DNA of 64,000 nucleotides from Bacillota bacterium (GCA_050261335.1 JBLNDE010000064.1:74165-138164), one strand, 5' to 3'; shown: positions 39,010-49,497, counted from the stretch's first letter. The notes: a model not told the origin generated them from the sequence alone. A program made the numbers and translations.

Positions 39010-39440
39010 GCAAAGGTCCTCGCTGGGCCGAGCTAAGACCGCCGTGCGCCTTCTCTCGGGCGCTGCAGGCCCGGAAAGCCTCACGGCGATCGAGCGACAG
39101 GTGGCGCTTGTCCTTGCGTATGCAACGCTTGTGCCGCCCGAGCGAAGGTCAGAGTGCGGCCTCCCAAGGATCCGTCCAGGCCGAAAGGTCTTGCCGGGTT
39201 CGAAAGAAGTCGCTCCTGGCCGAGCCAAGACTTGCATTGGTCCGAAGGCAGTCTGTGTACGGTTGAAAGATCGCGTATGGTCTGCTCAGGATCTCTGCCA
39301 GTCGGTCAAAGGTTGCCTCTGGTTCTGCAATGTACTGCAGCTAGAGGTTGCCCCGGCCGAAAGGTCGTTGCGGCCTCACTAGGGATCAGAAGCAGCCGGC
39401 GAGAAGGTCCGCGAGGATCTTTGCCCTGTTTGTCATCTGC
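39010..39440. repeat. Array of ~7 degenerate ~40-bp direct repeats (consensus ~GGCCGARAGGTCnTTGCGGCC-TCnnnAGGGATC) in a 600-bp non-coding region
   Basis: Copies at ~39017, 39133, 39175, 39215, 39250, 39350, 39400. Confidence 0.5.
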
Positions 39441-39462
39441 TCGCGTGCCGAGCGCCGCCGCA

Positions 39463-39493
39463 GAGAGGAAAATGGGTTGCCGCGAGGCAACCC
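39463..39493 (-). terminator. Rho-independent terminator of hup (GGGTTGCC-tcgc-GGCAACCC + AUUUUCCUCUCU)
   Basis: Perfect 8-bp stem/GCGA-type tetraloop 45 nt downstream of hup stop, U-rich tail on minus strand. Confidence 0.65.
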
Positions 39494-39526
39494 GTGACAG
39501 CTCCGAAATCGACTATGTGCTTCGGA

Positions 39527-39805
39527 TTATTCGGCGGCAACTTTGTCCTTGAGAGCCTTGCCGGCCTTGAATACTGGCACCCTGGATGCAGCGATCTTGA
39601 TGGAATCGCCGGTCCGCGGGTTTCTGCCCATCCGGGCAGCGCGTTTCCTCACCTCGAAGGTGCCGAACCCCACGAGTTGGACCTTGTCTCCCGAAACGAG
39701 AGCACCTTCCACGGCTTCCAGCGTCGCGCCGACGATCCTCTCGACGTCCTTGCGCTTCGCGCCCGTCTGTTCAGCGACCTTCGCCACGAGTTCCGCTTTA
39801 TTCAA
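39527..39805 (-). CDS. hup: HU family DNA-binding protein
   Basis: [15 protein letters not shown]…[27 protein letters not shown] canonical HU. Confidence 0.95.
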   Translation of the reverse strand: MNKAELVAKVAEQTGAKRKDVERIVGATLEAVEGALVSGDKVQLVGFGTFEVRKRAARMGRNPRTGDSIKIAASRVPVFKAGKALKDKVAAE

Positions 39806-39957
39806 TTATCGTCCCTCCTCCCAGCCTGCAAATGCTGTGGTCACGCGGTTCGGCCTGACCTCTGACATTTGCTATTCGATTCGATTCGGCATTCTCCTTC
39901 TTGCCAGGGCGAAAAATGTTGATACGACGCCACGTTTGTCGATGGAAAATCATGCCT

Positions 39958-40941
39958 TCAATATTCCGGAAACGTCCGCTCGATGACCTGGCCCGATTTC
40001 CCGAGTGCCCCAAGGTGAACTCCGTTGTAGGTGACGTGAATGCCGCTGGCATTACCGACTTTGATGCGGATGGACTTCGTGGCGCGCCACGTGGCCTCTT
40101 CCCCTGCCAGCATCGAACGCTCGAAAACCACCTTCCCGTCGGCGACCACCCTGACCCAGCACCGCTCCGTTATGACCACGGAAATCTCGTGCCCATCGGC
40201 GGCGGAGCGTGACTCCCCCGCGGGACCGGCCGCCGCCCAGGACCCAGTCGTCGGTGGCTGGTCATGCTCACGAGGAGGGGCAACCGGTCGCATGTCGGCG
40301 CCGCCGTCCCCGGCGGGGGCCCCGGCGGGCGCCACCTCGGTGGCATCGGTTACAGCTGCCGCTGACGGCGCTGCCTGTGAGGCGGGCGCGGGCGCAGCCG
40401 CATGGCCAGGCTGTTGCGTCAATCCTTCGGCGGGCGTGTCTGGCAGGGCCACGGCCGCAGACGGGCTCGCAGGTTTGCCTGCTGCGACATCCGCCTCACC
40501 TGCCACGACATCCGCCGGTCCATGCTCGTGTGGCACGTCGGTCAGCGCCGCCGGTACATGGCCCGAACGCCACACGGCCACCCCTGTGGCTATCGCAACG
40601 ATAGCGACCGCCCCGACAGCGATCAACAAGTGTCGCTGAATTCTGGCTTTTTTCGATACGTTTTGGTCCCTGGCGGGAGGTGCTTCCTGGGCTTTCTCTG
40701 TCTCGATTCTGGCGCGCTCCGACTTGTACCGCTCCACGACCTCGTCCCCGGAGAGGCCTACGGCCTCTGCATAGGTGCGCAGGAAGCCCCGGACGTACAC
40801 CTCCCCGGGAAGAGCATCGAAGTCCCCCTCCTCCATCGCCTCCAGGTAGCGACTGCGTATCTTCGTCGCTTCCTGCACGTCGGAAACGGCAAGACCATTT
40901 GCCTCCCGCGCCTTCCTCAGAAGCTCGCCGATCTCGCGCAC
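39958..40941 (-). CDS. rodZ: RodZ-like cytoskeleton protein (N-terminal XRE HTH, TM, Ala/Pro-rich linker, C-terminal DUF4115)
   Basis: MREIGELLRKAREANGLAVSDVQEATKIRSRYLEAME… HTH; C-terminal β-rich domain. Confidence 0.75.
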   Translation of the reverse strand: MREIGELLRKAREANGLAVSDVQEATKIRSRYLEAMEEGDFDALPGEVYVRGFLRTYAEAVGLSGDEVVERYKSERARIETEKAQEAPPARDQNVSKKARIQRHLLIAVGAVAIVAIATGVAVWRSGHVPAALTDVPHEHGPADVVAGEADVAAGKPASPSAAVALPDTPAEGLTQQPGHAAAPAPASQAAPSAAAVTDATEVAPAGAPAGDGGADMRPVAPPREHDQPPTTGSWAAAGPAGESRSAADGHEISVVITERCWVRVVADGKVVFERSMLAGEEATWRATKSIRIKVGNASGIHVTYNGVHLGALGKSGQVIERTFPEY

Positions 40942-40998
40942 ACTGCATCCCTCCTCCCGGCACGCTCGCGGGCTCTTACGACCGGGGCGGCCCTTTCC

Positions 40999-43281
40999 TC
41001 ATGAATCGCGGGCTCTCGCCCGGATCGCATCCCACCTATCGAGTGTCACGAGGACCTTCCGCGGCTTGCTACCCTCGTACGGACCCACGATACCCCTGGA
41101 CTCCATGGCATCTATCAGCCGGGCTGCGCGCGTGTATCCGATCCTGAACCTTCGCTGGAGTTTCGAAATGGACGCCTCCTCCGTCTCCAGTATGAGCCTG
41201 ACCGCCTCCTCGAAGAGCGGGTCCTCCTCTCCAAGGCTCTCGCCGTCGGTGGCTTCCCGGGTCACGCTCTCCGCGACATACGTCGGCTCCGCCTGGGCCC
41301 TCACGAAGTCGACCAGGGCCTCGATCTCCGAGTCGGAGACGTATGCCCCCTGCACCCTGATGGGCTTTGGCGCCCCGACCGGGAAGAACAGCATGTCGCC
41401 CTTTCCGAGAAGACGCTCCGCACCCCCGGTGTCCAGGATGACCCTGGAATCGACCTGTGACGGCACGGCGAAGGCTATCCGCGACGGTATATTCATCTTT
41501 ATGATTCCTGTGACCACATCGGCCGAAGGCCTTTGTGTGGCGAGAACCAGGTGGATCCCGGCGGCCCGCGCCATGAAGGCCAGCTGAGAGACGACGTCCT
41601 CCACCTCCTTCTGGGCCACCATCATGAGGTCGCCCAGCTCGTCTATGATGACGACTATGTATGGAAGGGGCTCCGCCTCAGGGTCATGGAGCTTGCCGGA
41701 CCGGCAAAGGGCATTGTACCTGTCTATATTCCTCACGCCGTTCGCCCCCAGGAGCTTGTAGCGGTTGTCCATCTCCTGCGCGACCCAGCGCAAGTATCCG
41801 CCGGCCTCCCTCGTATCCGTCACCACCGGTGCCAGGAGGTGGGGTATTCCATCGTAAGTGGTGAGTTCGACACGCTTCGGGTCTATCATGAGGAGCTTGA
41901 CCTCTTCGGGCGTGGCCTTGAAGAGGACGCTCGCAATCAGGGTGTTGAGACACACGCTCTTCCCTGAGCCCGTGGCCCCGGCGACGAGCAGGTGAAGCAT
42001 GTTCTCGAGGTCGCCGACCACCGGTTTGCCCGCGATGTCCTTGCCCAGGGCTATCGCGAGCTTGCCCTTGTGCCTTTGAAACTCGCTGGATTGCAGCACT
42101 TCCCTAAGGTAAACGAAGGATGTCTCCGGGTTCGGGACCTCTATGCCTATTGCGGACTTGCCAGGTATGGGCGCCTCGAGCCGGACTCCGGACGACGCCA
42201 GGGCGAGCGCGATGTCGTCGGCGAGGCTCATGATCTTGCTTACCTTGATGCCGGGAGCGGGCGCAAGCTCGTACCTGGTTACCACCGGACCCCGGTCCAC
42301 CTGCGCCACCTTGCCCTTCACGCCGAAGCTGGCGAGGGTCTCTTCAAGCAGTCTCGAGTGGTCCGGCGTCTCGCCCTGCTTCCATCTGGCCGGCCGCGCA
42401 GGGAACCCCAGGAGGGTTATCGGGGGCAACGCGTAGCCTCCGCCGGAAGGGGGTTCGACCTTCTTGCCAGGGATAACCGTGCCGTCCGCGGTGTGACCGT
42501 CGGTCACCGACGCCGCCTCGCGCTTCGCGTTGCTGCGCGTTCTTCCTGGGCCACCGGACTTGCACTCGGCAGCCCCGACCGTAGCGCCCGACGGTGCCCC
42601 GCCGCCAGCAGACATGTCCGCAAGGTCGCCGCCGGCGGCGTCCTCCGCCGCCGGTGGTTCGGGCTCCTCGAAGAGAGGTAGAAGGACGCGCCTGCCCACG
42701 AACGACGAGGCACGTCCGAAAATGACAACGGCATTCCACCCCAGCCTGAGGGTATACACGGCGAGCCTCCAGAGGCCCGCGACCAGCCTCGGGATAGGCA
42801 CATCCGCGGCCAGGCTGACGCCCACCAGGAGAACGAGCCCGCTGGCCACCGCGGCGCCTGCTCTCCCGACTGCCCACGAGAGCCGTCTCGCGACCTCGCC
42901 GCCGACATCTCCCGAACCCGACAGGCCGAGCAGGGCCAGGGCGATGCAAACAAGCCCGCTTGCGCGCGCTGCCATCGTGGTCGCCTCTCGCTCGACTGCA
43001 ACGGTAACCCCGAGAGCAACCAGGAGCAGCGGGATGACCACGGCCCACTCGCCGGCAGCCACTCGCAACGCATGGGCCACCTTCTCGCCAACAGCCCCGG
43101 CATCGTACCGGGATCCACGCATGTCTGAGAAGACACACATCAAACCGAACACACCGAGCCCCGCGACCAGAGTGCCCAGAAGGGCCACGAGATGGGTGCG
43201 GTACCGCCACAGCGGTTTCCTCCGGGGTGTCAGCTTCTTCGCTTTGCTCTCCCGAATGAGGTGTCTGGTAGTTCCAGGCAT
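40999..43281 (-). CDS. ftsK: DNA translocase FtsK/SpoIIIE
   Basis: N-terminal TMs, …VAGATGSGKSVCLNTLI… Walker A, C-terminal gamma wHTH. Confidence 0.95.
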   Translation of the reverse strand: MPGTTRHLIRESKAKKLTPRRKPLWRYRTHLVALLGTLVAGLGVFGLMCVFSDMRGSRYDAGAVGEKVAHALRVAAGEWAVVIPLLLVALGVTVAVEREATTMAARASGLVCIALALLGLSGSGDVGGEVARRLSWAVGRAGAAVASGLVLLVGVSLAADVPIPRLVAGLWRLAVYTLRLGWNAVVIFGRASSFVGRRVLLPLFEEPEPPAAEDAAGGDLADMSAGGGAPSGATVGAAECKSGGPGRTRSNAKREAASVTDGHTADGTVIPGKKVEPPSGGGYALPPITLLGFPARPARWKQGETPDHSRLLEETLASFGVKGKVAQVDRGPVVTRYELAPAPGIKVSKIMSLADDIALALASSGVRLEAPIPGKSAIGIEVPNPETSFVYLREVLQSSEFQRHKGKLAIALGKDIAGKPVVGDLENMLHLLVAGATGSGKSVCLNTLIASVLFKATPEEVKLLMIDPKRVELTTYDGIPHLLAPVVTDTREAGGYLRWVAQEMDNRYKLLGANGVRNIDRYNALCRSGKLHDPEAEPLPYIVVIIDELGDLMMVAQKEVEDVVSQLAFMARAAGIHLVLATQRPSADVVTGIIKMNIPSRIAFAVPSQVDSRVILDTGGAERLLGKGDMLFFPVGAPKPIRVQGAYVSDSEIEALVDFVRAQAEPTYVAESVTREATDGESLGEEDPLFEEAVRLILETEEASISKLQRRFRIGYTRAARLIDAMESRGIVGPYEGSKPRKVLVTLDRWDAIRARARDS

Positions 43282-43437
43282 AGCAGGACCTCCGTGCCGC
43301 CTTGGGAACTTCTACGCGGCCGCGCGAATTCCTCCAGGAATCAGACGGGGCACACAACGGCATGCTCCACCCGCCCGCTGCCGGGCGCCAGGCACCTGGG
43401 GCGGAGATAGAGGCAGGAACAGAGACAGGGGGCAGAC

Positions 43438-43634
43438 CCAGGTAGATCGCCACAAGTTCCCGCTACTTTCGTGCGGGTGAGCCCTTGCCAGGGCTGCCGG
43501 TGCTGCCCTCTGGGGGCGGCGCGTGCGGTGAGATGCGTTCGAATCTGGCGCTTAAGGCTAGCCAAATTCCGGGCGCCCCGCCCTGGTAAGCACCGCGAGC
43601 CCCAGCACCGTCAGGGAAGATGGCGCAAACTTAC
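43438..43634. mobile_element. MITE-like dispersed repeat, variant A
   Basis: cccaggtagatcgccacaagttcccgctactttcgtgcgg…ccagggctgccggtgctgcc…gcgttcgaatctggcgcttaaggctagccaaattc…gcaccgcgagcccc…gatggcgcaaacttacggcgccatgct. Confidence 0.85.
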
Positions 43635-43758
43635 GGCGCCATGCTTGGACGAAGACGAAGGTGAAGATGAACATGAAGGCTGAGCCGGAGGCGAAGGCGG
43701 AGGCGGCGACGTGCGAAAAGGGCCCACGGCCGCGCCGCTCGTCCTCCGCGTAGACGGT

Positions 43759-45393
43759 CTATTCGTGAGGCGGAAGCGTGTTCTGAACCACCGCATCCGC
43801 GAGGTTCACGGCATGATCGGCCATGCGCTCGAGGTTGTCCACGACCTCGACATAGATGACCCCGGAGGCCGGCGAGCACCTGCCCTGGTTGAGCCTTCTG
43901 AGGTGGCTCGTCCGCAGGACCTCTTCGAGCTCGTCGATGTGCTTCTCCTTCTCCCAGACGTCCTGGGCGAGGGCGGGGTCGTTCCTCTCCAGGGCCTGGA
44001 CGGCGTCGGATATGACCTCGTCCACCCGGGCGAAGAGGTCAGCAAGCTCGGATTTGGCCTCGTCCGAGAATTCGAGACCCTGCTCCACCCTGTCGATGGC
44101 GAACCCGGATATGTTCACGGCATGGTCGCCGATGCGCTCTATGTCGTTCACCACGTGCAGCATGCCGGCGAGCCTGGTCGACTGGGGCTGCGTGAGCACA
44201 CCCTGGGCCATGAGAGTCGACAGGTACAGGATTATCTCCGCCTGGAGGTTGTCCACCAGGTCCTCACGAGCGTTTATGCTCTTGGACACCGCGCTCGGCT
44301 TCCCGGCAAGGAGCGCCTGCCCGGCGTCTTTCACCATCTCGCGCGCGATTCCGGACATCCTGACAAGCTCCTTCACCGCAAGTTGCAGGGCGATGGACGG
44401 GGTGGAGAGCATGCGTCTGTCGAGGTACTTCGGACCGTGCTCCATGATGACCTCCTGCCCGGGGTACACCGCGGTCGCGATACGGGCCAGCAGGCCGGCC
44501 ATGGGCAGCCACACGAGGGTGTTGAGCACATTGAACGAGGTGTGGGCGTTCGCTATGAGGCGCTCGATGTCACCCGACGGGGTGACCGCGTGAACGAATA
44601 CCTTGAAGAGAGGAAGCAGCGTGAGAAACGTGATGGTGCCAAATACGTTGAAAAGCACGTGAGCGAGAGCCGTCCTGCGCGCCGAGAGGCTCGCGCCGAT
44701 GCTTGCGAGGACCGCGGTGATGCACGTCCCGATGTTGTCGCCGAAGAGGACGGGTATCGCCGCATCGAATCCGACGAGGCCCTGCGAGGCCGCGGCCATG
44801 AGGAGGCCGATGGTCGCGCTGGAACTCTGGATGGTGACGGTCATCGCGACACCCGCAAGGACCCCAAGGAGAGGGTATTTCCCGAAGCCGGCTATCCATT
44901 GCACGAACGCGGGGTTGTCACGAAGAGGCCTCATAGTGTCTGTCATCACGGTCATGCCGAGGAACAGGAGGCCGAACCCGAGGATCACCTGGCCCAGGTA
45001 CTTGTGGATCTTCTTCCTCGAAAAGAAGGTGATGATGAAGCCCAGGCCCACGGCAGGAAGAGCGAGATCCGCAAGGTCGAACGCAATGAGCTGCGCCGTC
45101 ATGGTGGTGCCTATGTTGGCCCCCATGACCACACCAACCGCCTGCTTCAGCGTCATGAGGCCTGCGTTCACGAAGCTGACAAGCATGACCGTGGTGGCAC
45201 TGGAACTCTGGATCACAGCCGTGACGGCGGCGCCCACGATCACCCCCATCCACGTCCTGGCGGTGAGCACCTCAAGGATTCGGCGCATCCTGTCGCCGGC
45301 CGCCTTCTGCAGACCGTCGCCCATTTGCATCATGCCGTAGATGAAGAGCCCCAGGCCCCCGAGAAGCCCGCACGCAAGGGAGACTGTCACCAC
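43759..45393 (-). CDS. Na/Pi-cotransporter II-related protein with C-terminal PhoU-like domains
   Basis: Duplicated QSSSAT motifs in membrane part; two PhoU-type helical repeats C-terminal. Confidence 0.85.
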   Translation of the reverse strand: MVTVSLACGLLGGLGLFIYGMMQMGDGLQKAAGDRMRRILEVLTARTWMGVIVGAAVTAVIQSSSATTVMLVSFVNAGLMTLKQAVGVVMGANIGTTMTAQLIAFDLADLALPAVGLGFIITFFSRKKIHKYLGQVILGFGLLFLGMTVMTDTMRPLRDNPAFVQWIAGFGKYPLLGVLAGVAMTVTIQSSSATIGLLMAAASQGLVGFDAAIPVLFGDNIGTCITAVLASIGASLSARRTALAHVLFNVFGTITFLTLLPLFKVFVHAVTPSGDIERLIANAHTSFNVLNTLVWLPMAGLLARIATAVYPGQEVIMEHGPKYLDRRMLSTPSIALQLAVKELVRMSGIAREMVKDAGQALLAGKPSAVSKSINAREDLVDNLQAEIILYLSTLMAQGVLTQPQSTRLAGMLHVVNDIERIGDHAVNISGFAIDRVEQGLEFSDEAKSELADLFARVDEVISDAVQALERNDPALAQDVWEKEKHIDELEEVLRTSHLRRLNQGRCSPASGVIYVEVVDNLERMADHAVNLADAVVQNTLPPHE

Positions 45394-45544
45394 GCCACCT
45401 CCAGACCGCTTGGGTCAGATTCACGCACTATCGCCAGTCCATGCACCTGCACATCAGGTCCGAAAGCCCCGCCGTGCAAGGGCCGCCAACCGGGAATCCG
45501 CCGGTAGTAAGGCCGCGCCAGCCCGCGAGGCCACACTCATCTCT

Positions 45545-45784
45545 CCAGGTAGATCGCCACAAGTTCGCGCTGCTTTTCAGCCAAGTGAGGGTGCATTGGT
45601 CCCCGTCCATTTTCCAGTAGTTGCCGGGTTGCCGGTGTTGCACTCGGGGACGGCGCCCCAGGCGGCGCGCGCTTCGCCAAAATCCAGCCCATCGCGCCAG
45701 TGGCCGGATTTTGACACCCCTCGTGCAATCACCGGCAACCCCGACGCCGTCAGGGAAGATGGCGCAGACTCATGGCGCCATACT
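45545..45784. mobile_element. MITE-like dispersed repeat, variant B (reference copy); overlaps last 4 codons + stop of uppP
   Basis: ctccaggtagatcgccacaagttcgcgctgcttttcagcc…gggttgccggtgttgcactcgggg…gcgcgcttcgccaaaatcc…ccggattttgacacccctcgtgcaatcaccggcaacc…gatggcgcagactcatggcgccatact. Confidence 0.85.
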
Positions 45785-46615
45785 TAGCAGCGCCCACGCT
45801 ACGACCGATACGCCGACGACCCACGTGTAGACCGCGAATACGATGAACCTCCGGCGTCTCAAGGCTGAGAGCACGAGGTGGATCGCCACGTACCCCGAAA
45901 CGACGCTGGCGAGCGCGCCCGCAAGAAAGGGCGCTGCAAATCCCATCGCGAGGCCCGTCCTGACGAGATCCGGGAACTCGAGTAGGCTCGCCCCGAGGAT
46001 CACCGGTATTGACAGCAGGAACGAGAACCTCGCAGCGTCATCGCGCCGCAGCCCGAAGAACAGCCCGGTGCTTATCGTCGCACCGGAGCGCGAGAACCCC
46101 GGGGCAACCGCGAGACCCTGTGCAACGCCCACGCAGAATGCACCCAGGGTTCCAAGCCTGCCCAGAGGCACCCGCCCCGAGCCGGCCCGGTCCGCAAACC
46201 ACAGCACAAGCCCGGTCGCGACGAGGAAGACCCCCACCGCGAGTTTCGAGGCGAAGAGACCGCGGACGACGGGCTCGAGCGCAAGCCCCATGAGCGCCGT
46301 CGGCACGCTGGCCACGACGATGAGTACAACCGTCCTGCGCGCGTCGTCACGGGAAACAGCCTTGCGCAGGCTTGTCCCCCCAGCGACATCCCGGACGATA
46401 TCGACCGCGGCGACCACGAGACGCACCACATCCCTCCGGAAGACGACGATAACGGCTGCGACCGTTCCCAGGTGCACCAGGATGTCGAACGACAGAAGCG
46501 CCTCCGGGGCGTTGAGGATCTCCCGTACTATGACGAGATGGCCCGAACTCGACACGGGCAGGAACTCGGTGAGCCCCTGTACCATCCCCAGGACCACGGC
46601 CTTCACGACGTCCAT
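45770..46615 (-). CDS. uppP: Undecaprenyl-diphosphate phosphatase
   Basis: …LTEFLPVSSSGHL… and …SRSGATISTGL… BacA/UppP motifs; start MDVVKAVV with GAGGGGGG RBS. Confidence 0.9.
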   Translation of the reverse strand: MDVVKAVVLGMVQGLTEFLPVSSSGHLVIVREILNAPEALLSFDILVHLGTVAAVIVVFRRDVVRLVVAAVDIVRDVAGGTSLRKAVSRDDARRTVVLIVVASVPTALMGLALEPVVRGLFASKLAVGVFLVATGLVLWFADRAGSGRVPLGRLGTLGAFCVGVAQGLAVAPGFSRSGATISTGLFFGLRRDDAARFSFLLSIPVILGASLLEFPDLVRTGLAMGFAAPFLAGALASVVSGYVAIHLVLSALRRRRFIVFAVYTWVVGVSVVAWALLSMAP

Positions 46616-47556
46616 GTGCGTCCCCCCCTCACGATCTCCACGAACCTGCGGTGCCAGGGTAGCACGACGACGATGGATAACATGTTGAAGAGGGTGTGAG
46701 CGTTCGCGATGCCGTGCCCCGGGTCGGGCGGCGAGACGGCTTCCACGAGCTGAACGAACGCCCTGAAAACGGGGAGCACCAAGACGACTCCGGCGACGTT
46801 GAACACGAGGTGCAGTAGCGCGGCCCGTCTCGCGGTGCGCGACGCCCCGACGCTCGCTATGAGCGTCGTCACGCACGTGCCGACGTTGCTGCCGAGAGCG
46901 ACCGCCACTGCGGACCCCAGGTCCATGAGGCCCTGCCGCGCCAACCCGATGAGCGCAACCGTCACCACGCTCGAACTCTGGATGACCCCGGTGAAAGCCA
47001 CGCCCGCCACCACACCGAGCGCCGGCACCTGCCCCAGCACCACCATCGCTTCAACGAGCCACGGCGCACGTGCGAGCCACACCATGGCCGACGAGGTGAC
47101 ACCCACGCCCCACAGGATGCATCCAAGGCCCGTCACCGCGATTCCCAAGTCGCGGCGGTGACGCCGCCTGGCCGCCAGGTACAGCGCAAGCCCCGCGCAG
47201 ATGGCAGGAATCCCGAGCGACTCCGCCCGGAACGAGACCACCTGCGCTGTCACACAGGTTCCGAGGTTTGCCCCCATTATCACGCCAAAAGCCCGGTACA
47301 GATCGAGAACACCCGAGTCGACCAGACCTACCACCATGACCGTTACCGCGCTGGAACTCTGCAGAGCCGCGGTCACCACGGCGCCCGTCACGACCGCCGC
47401 AAATGGTGTGCGGGTGAGCCGCCTGAGGGCGCCCTCCGCATGCCTGCCGGCTGCCCTGCCTAGTCCGGCACGCAGCAGACGGATTCCCGCAATAAAGAGG
47501 CCGATCCCCGCAACAAGCCGACAGAGCGAGGCAGCCACGGCGCATATCCTCCACAC
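46603..47556 (-). CDS. Na/Pi-cotransporter family protein (short form, no PhoU domain); start uncertain
   Basis: Two QSSS(A/V)(V/T)T repeats; N-terminus aligns with paralog 43759-45393 from ~VWRICAV (GTG 47556); ORF could extend to 47712. Confidence 0.7.
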   Translation of the reverse strand: MWRICAVAASLCRLVAGIGLFIAGIRLLRAGLGRAAGRHAEGALRRLTRTPFAAVVTGAVVTAALQSSSAVTVMVVGLVDSGVLDLYRAFGVIMGANLGTCVTAQVVSFRAESLGIPAICAGLALYLAARRRHRRDLGIAVTGLGCILWGVGVTSSAMVWLARAPWLVEAMVVLGQVPALGVVAGVAFTGVIQSSSVVTVALIGLARQGLMDLGSAVAVALGSNVGTCVTTLIASVGASRTARRAALLHLVFNVAGVVLVLPVFRAFVQLVEAVSPPDPGHGIANAHTLFNMLSIVVVLPWHRRFVEIVRGGRTWTS

Positions 47557-47799
47557 GCGAAGATCCGCCGCCAAGGCGCGTCGCTCCCAATATATGTCCT
47601 GCCAGCCCGACTTATTATAACACAGTGGGAAGAGGAACGGAAAGCCCCTCCCTGGCCCGACTCCCTGCTGAACTGCAGCGCCGTGGCGCCGTGTGGGTCG
47701 TAAGCATGCCATCCCGGGCAGGCGCTACCTCAAGCCCGTGGGCATGCAGCAGCGGTCCTCGACGATAGCCTGTGGTCGTCACGAAGTGTGACTTCGCAG

Positions 47800-47960
47800 A
47801 CCTCCGCCGGGTTGGGAGAATCTTGCGGGTCCCCGGTGTCTGCACGACGGGCGCTCTCGATTTGGCGAGATTGAATGCCAAAGCTGGCGACGCGTGCCGT
47901 CCCCGGAGTGCGGCACTGGCAACCCCTGGCAAAGTGGCGGTGAGTTCCGGGCCCGCACTT
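47800..47960. mobile_element. MITE-like dispersed repeat, variant C
   Basis: gggcgctctcgatttggcgagattgaatgccaaagc…gcgtgccgtccccggagtgcggcactggcaacccctgg ~ copy at 7232-7400. Confidence 0.7.
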
Positions 47961-48019
47961 GGTGCCGCTACTGAAGAATGAAAGGAAGACGAGTATCAGG
48001 GGGTTTTCTGAGCCGACAC

Positions 48020-48259
48020 TCAGGCCCGGTCGCCGCCCCCGATGAGCGCGGGTGTGAGCCGAAGCCGGCTGCCAGGCTGGAGGGCAGGGTCTAGGAAGCG
48101 TTGCGGGTCCGTGCTCATGATCCGCACGATCACGGCCTCGTTCGCGGACACCTGCTCGATGGTCATGGTTATGCCGCCAACCTCCACATCCGTGAATGTC
48201 CTCTCCCTGTCGATCCCCTCCAGGACCAGTTCCAGAGGGAGCACCGTATACAGAATCAC
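48020..48259 (-). CDS. Small protein downstream of tepA; YlzJ-like (possible beta-grasp/ThiS-like fold ending …IGGGDRA)
   Basis: 79 aa, ATGA overlap with tepA stop; in Bacillus ylzJ follows tepA. Confidence 0.45.
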   Translation of the reverse strand: MILYTVLPLELVLEGIDRERTFTDVEVGGITMTIEQVSANEAVIVRIMSTDPQRFLDPALQPGSRLRLTPALIGGGDRA

Positions 48260-49095
48260 TGCAACCGCACCGCCTCTCTGCCAGCGACCTGCCGCTCTCC
48301 CGCGCCGACCCGCCTCTCCTCTATCATCCTCTTCAGGGCGGCAAGAGCGTCCGAGAGCCCCCCGACGGCGTCCATGAGACCGAGATTGACGGCGTCGCTA
48401 CCAACAAGCACCGTGCCGACGTCGCGCACCAGCTCCCCGGTGCGAAACATGAGCTCCCGAAACTTCTCCGGGCTGATCCGGGTGTGCTCGGCCACGAACT
48501 TGATGACCCTGTCCTGCATCTTCTCAAGGTATTCGTAGGTCTGGGGGACGCCTATCACAAGCCCTGAGAGTCGCAGGGGGTGTACCGTGACGGTGGCCGT
48601 CGACGCAATAAGGCGATACTGACAACTCACGGCGACAGGCAGAGCTATCGAATGACCCCCGCCGAGCACAAGGGACGCCGACGGTTTCGACATGCTCTCG
48701 ATCATCTCGGCGATGGCAAGGCCGGCCTCCACGTCCCCGCCCACCGTGTTGAGGATGACGAGAAGGCCCTCGATGGCAGGGTTCTGCTCGACGGCCACCA
48801 GCTGGGGAATGACGTGCTCGTACTTGGTGGTCTTGTTCTGCGGTGGAAGGACGACGTGTCCTTCTATCTGACCGATTATGGTCATCACGTGTATGTTGCT
48901 CTGGGGAGGCGGGGGCGTGCGCATCTCGCCGAGCTGCTTCAGTGAAGCCGCTGAGTCCTCGGGGCTTTGCGACGCTTCCCCCGGGGTCACACCAGGTGGC
49001 GTCTTCTCCGGAACCGGGCTGATCTCGCCGCCAGCCTCTACCGGCGAATCACTGGATCCCGAAGGCCGGCCGCCGGTGTCGCACCGGTCGCTCAT
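48256..49095 (-). CDS. tepA: ClpP-family translocation-enhancing protein TepA-like
   Basis: …[12 protein letters not shown]…[28 protein letters not shown]… ClpP/crotonase fold without full catalytic triad context; N-terminal Ser/Pro-rich leader; start uncertain (49095 or 49161). Confidence 0.7.
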   Translation of the reverse strand: MSDRCDTGGRPSGSSDSPVEAGGEISPVPEKTPPGVTPGEASQSPEDSAASLKQLGEMRTPPPPQSNIHVMTIIGQIEGHVVLPPQNKTTKYEHVIPQLVAVEQNPAIEGLLVILNTVGGDVEAGLAIAEMIESMSKPSASLVLGGGHSIALPVAVSCQYRLIASTATVTVHPLRLSGLVIGVPQTYEYLEKMQDRVIKFVAEHTRISPEKFRELMFRTGELVRDVGTVLVGSDAVNLGLMDAVGGLSDALAALKRMIEERRVGAGERQVAGREAVRLQ

Positions 49096-49359
49096 CTCAT
49101 TCAGCCTCCTCGTATCGGTCGCCTGGATCTGGGTCTGGATCTGGAGCCGGAGCTGGAGCACGGGCGGGATCGGCTCAAGCTGCGCGCCGGTAACTATTAT
49201 GCGGCTAGGGCCTGGAAATCATGCGCCGCTGCGGACGCAGTCACAGGAGCGGGTGAGAGCGGCGAGCGGCGCTGGAGTCGGCGGAGACTCCGCGGGCGCC
49301 GCTCGAAGGATGGACTGCCGGACTCCCTTATGACCGCCGATTTCGCACCGGGCATAAGC

Positions 49360-49497
49360 GGACGTCACGGGTTCCAACACCGGTAACCCACCAGATGTTG
49401 GCAAACTGGGAGGAACTAACGAACCCTTGCTTAGCAAGCACCGGCAACCCCGACGCCATCAGGGAAGATGGCGCAAACCTGTGGCGCCATACTCAGG
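49360..49497. mobile_element. Short MITE-like copy (variant A, internally deleted); its 3' terminal motif supplies the TGA stop of the ABC-2 permease gene
   Basis: …cttgcttagcaagcaccggcaaccccgacgccatcagggaagatggcgcaaacctgtggcgccatactcagg. Confidence 0.7.

Noticed and set aside
39255-39300. Group II intron domain-5-like string (GTGTACGG…GAAAGA…CGTATGG)
   Set aside because: The two halves are in the wrong order and are not complementary. No other intron domains or IEP ORF are present.
39010-39440. CRISPR array
   Set aside because: Repeat units are degenerate and irregularly spaced, and no cas genes are nearby. A real CRISPR needs near-identical repeats with fixed spacing.
48020-48259. ThiS/MoaD sulfur-carrier assignment for the 79-aa protein ending …[12 protein letters not shown]
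   Set aside because: The C-terminal GGG resembles ThiS/MoaD, but no ThiF/MoeB, ThiG or Moa genes are nearby. Its position right after tepA fits YlzJ-like proteins better. It is kept as a low-confidence YlzJ-like call.
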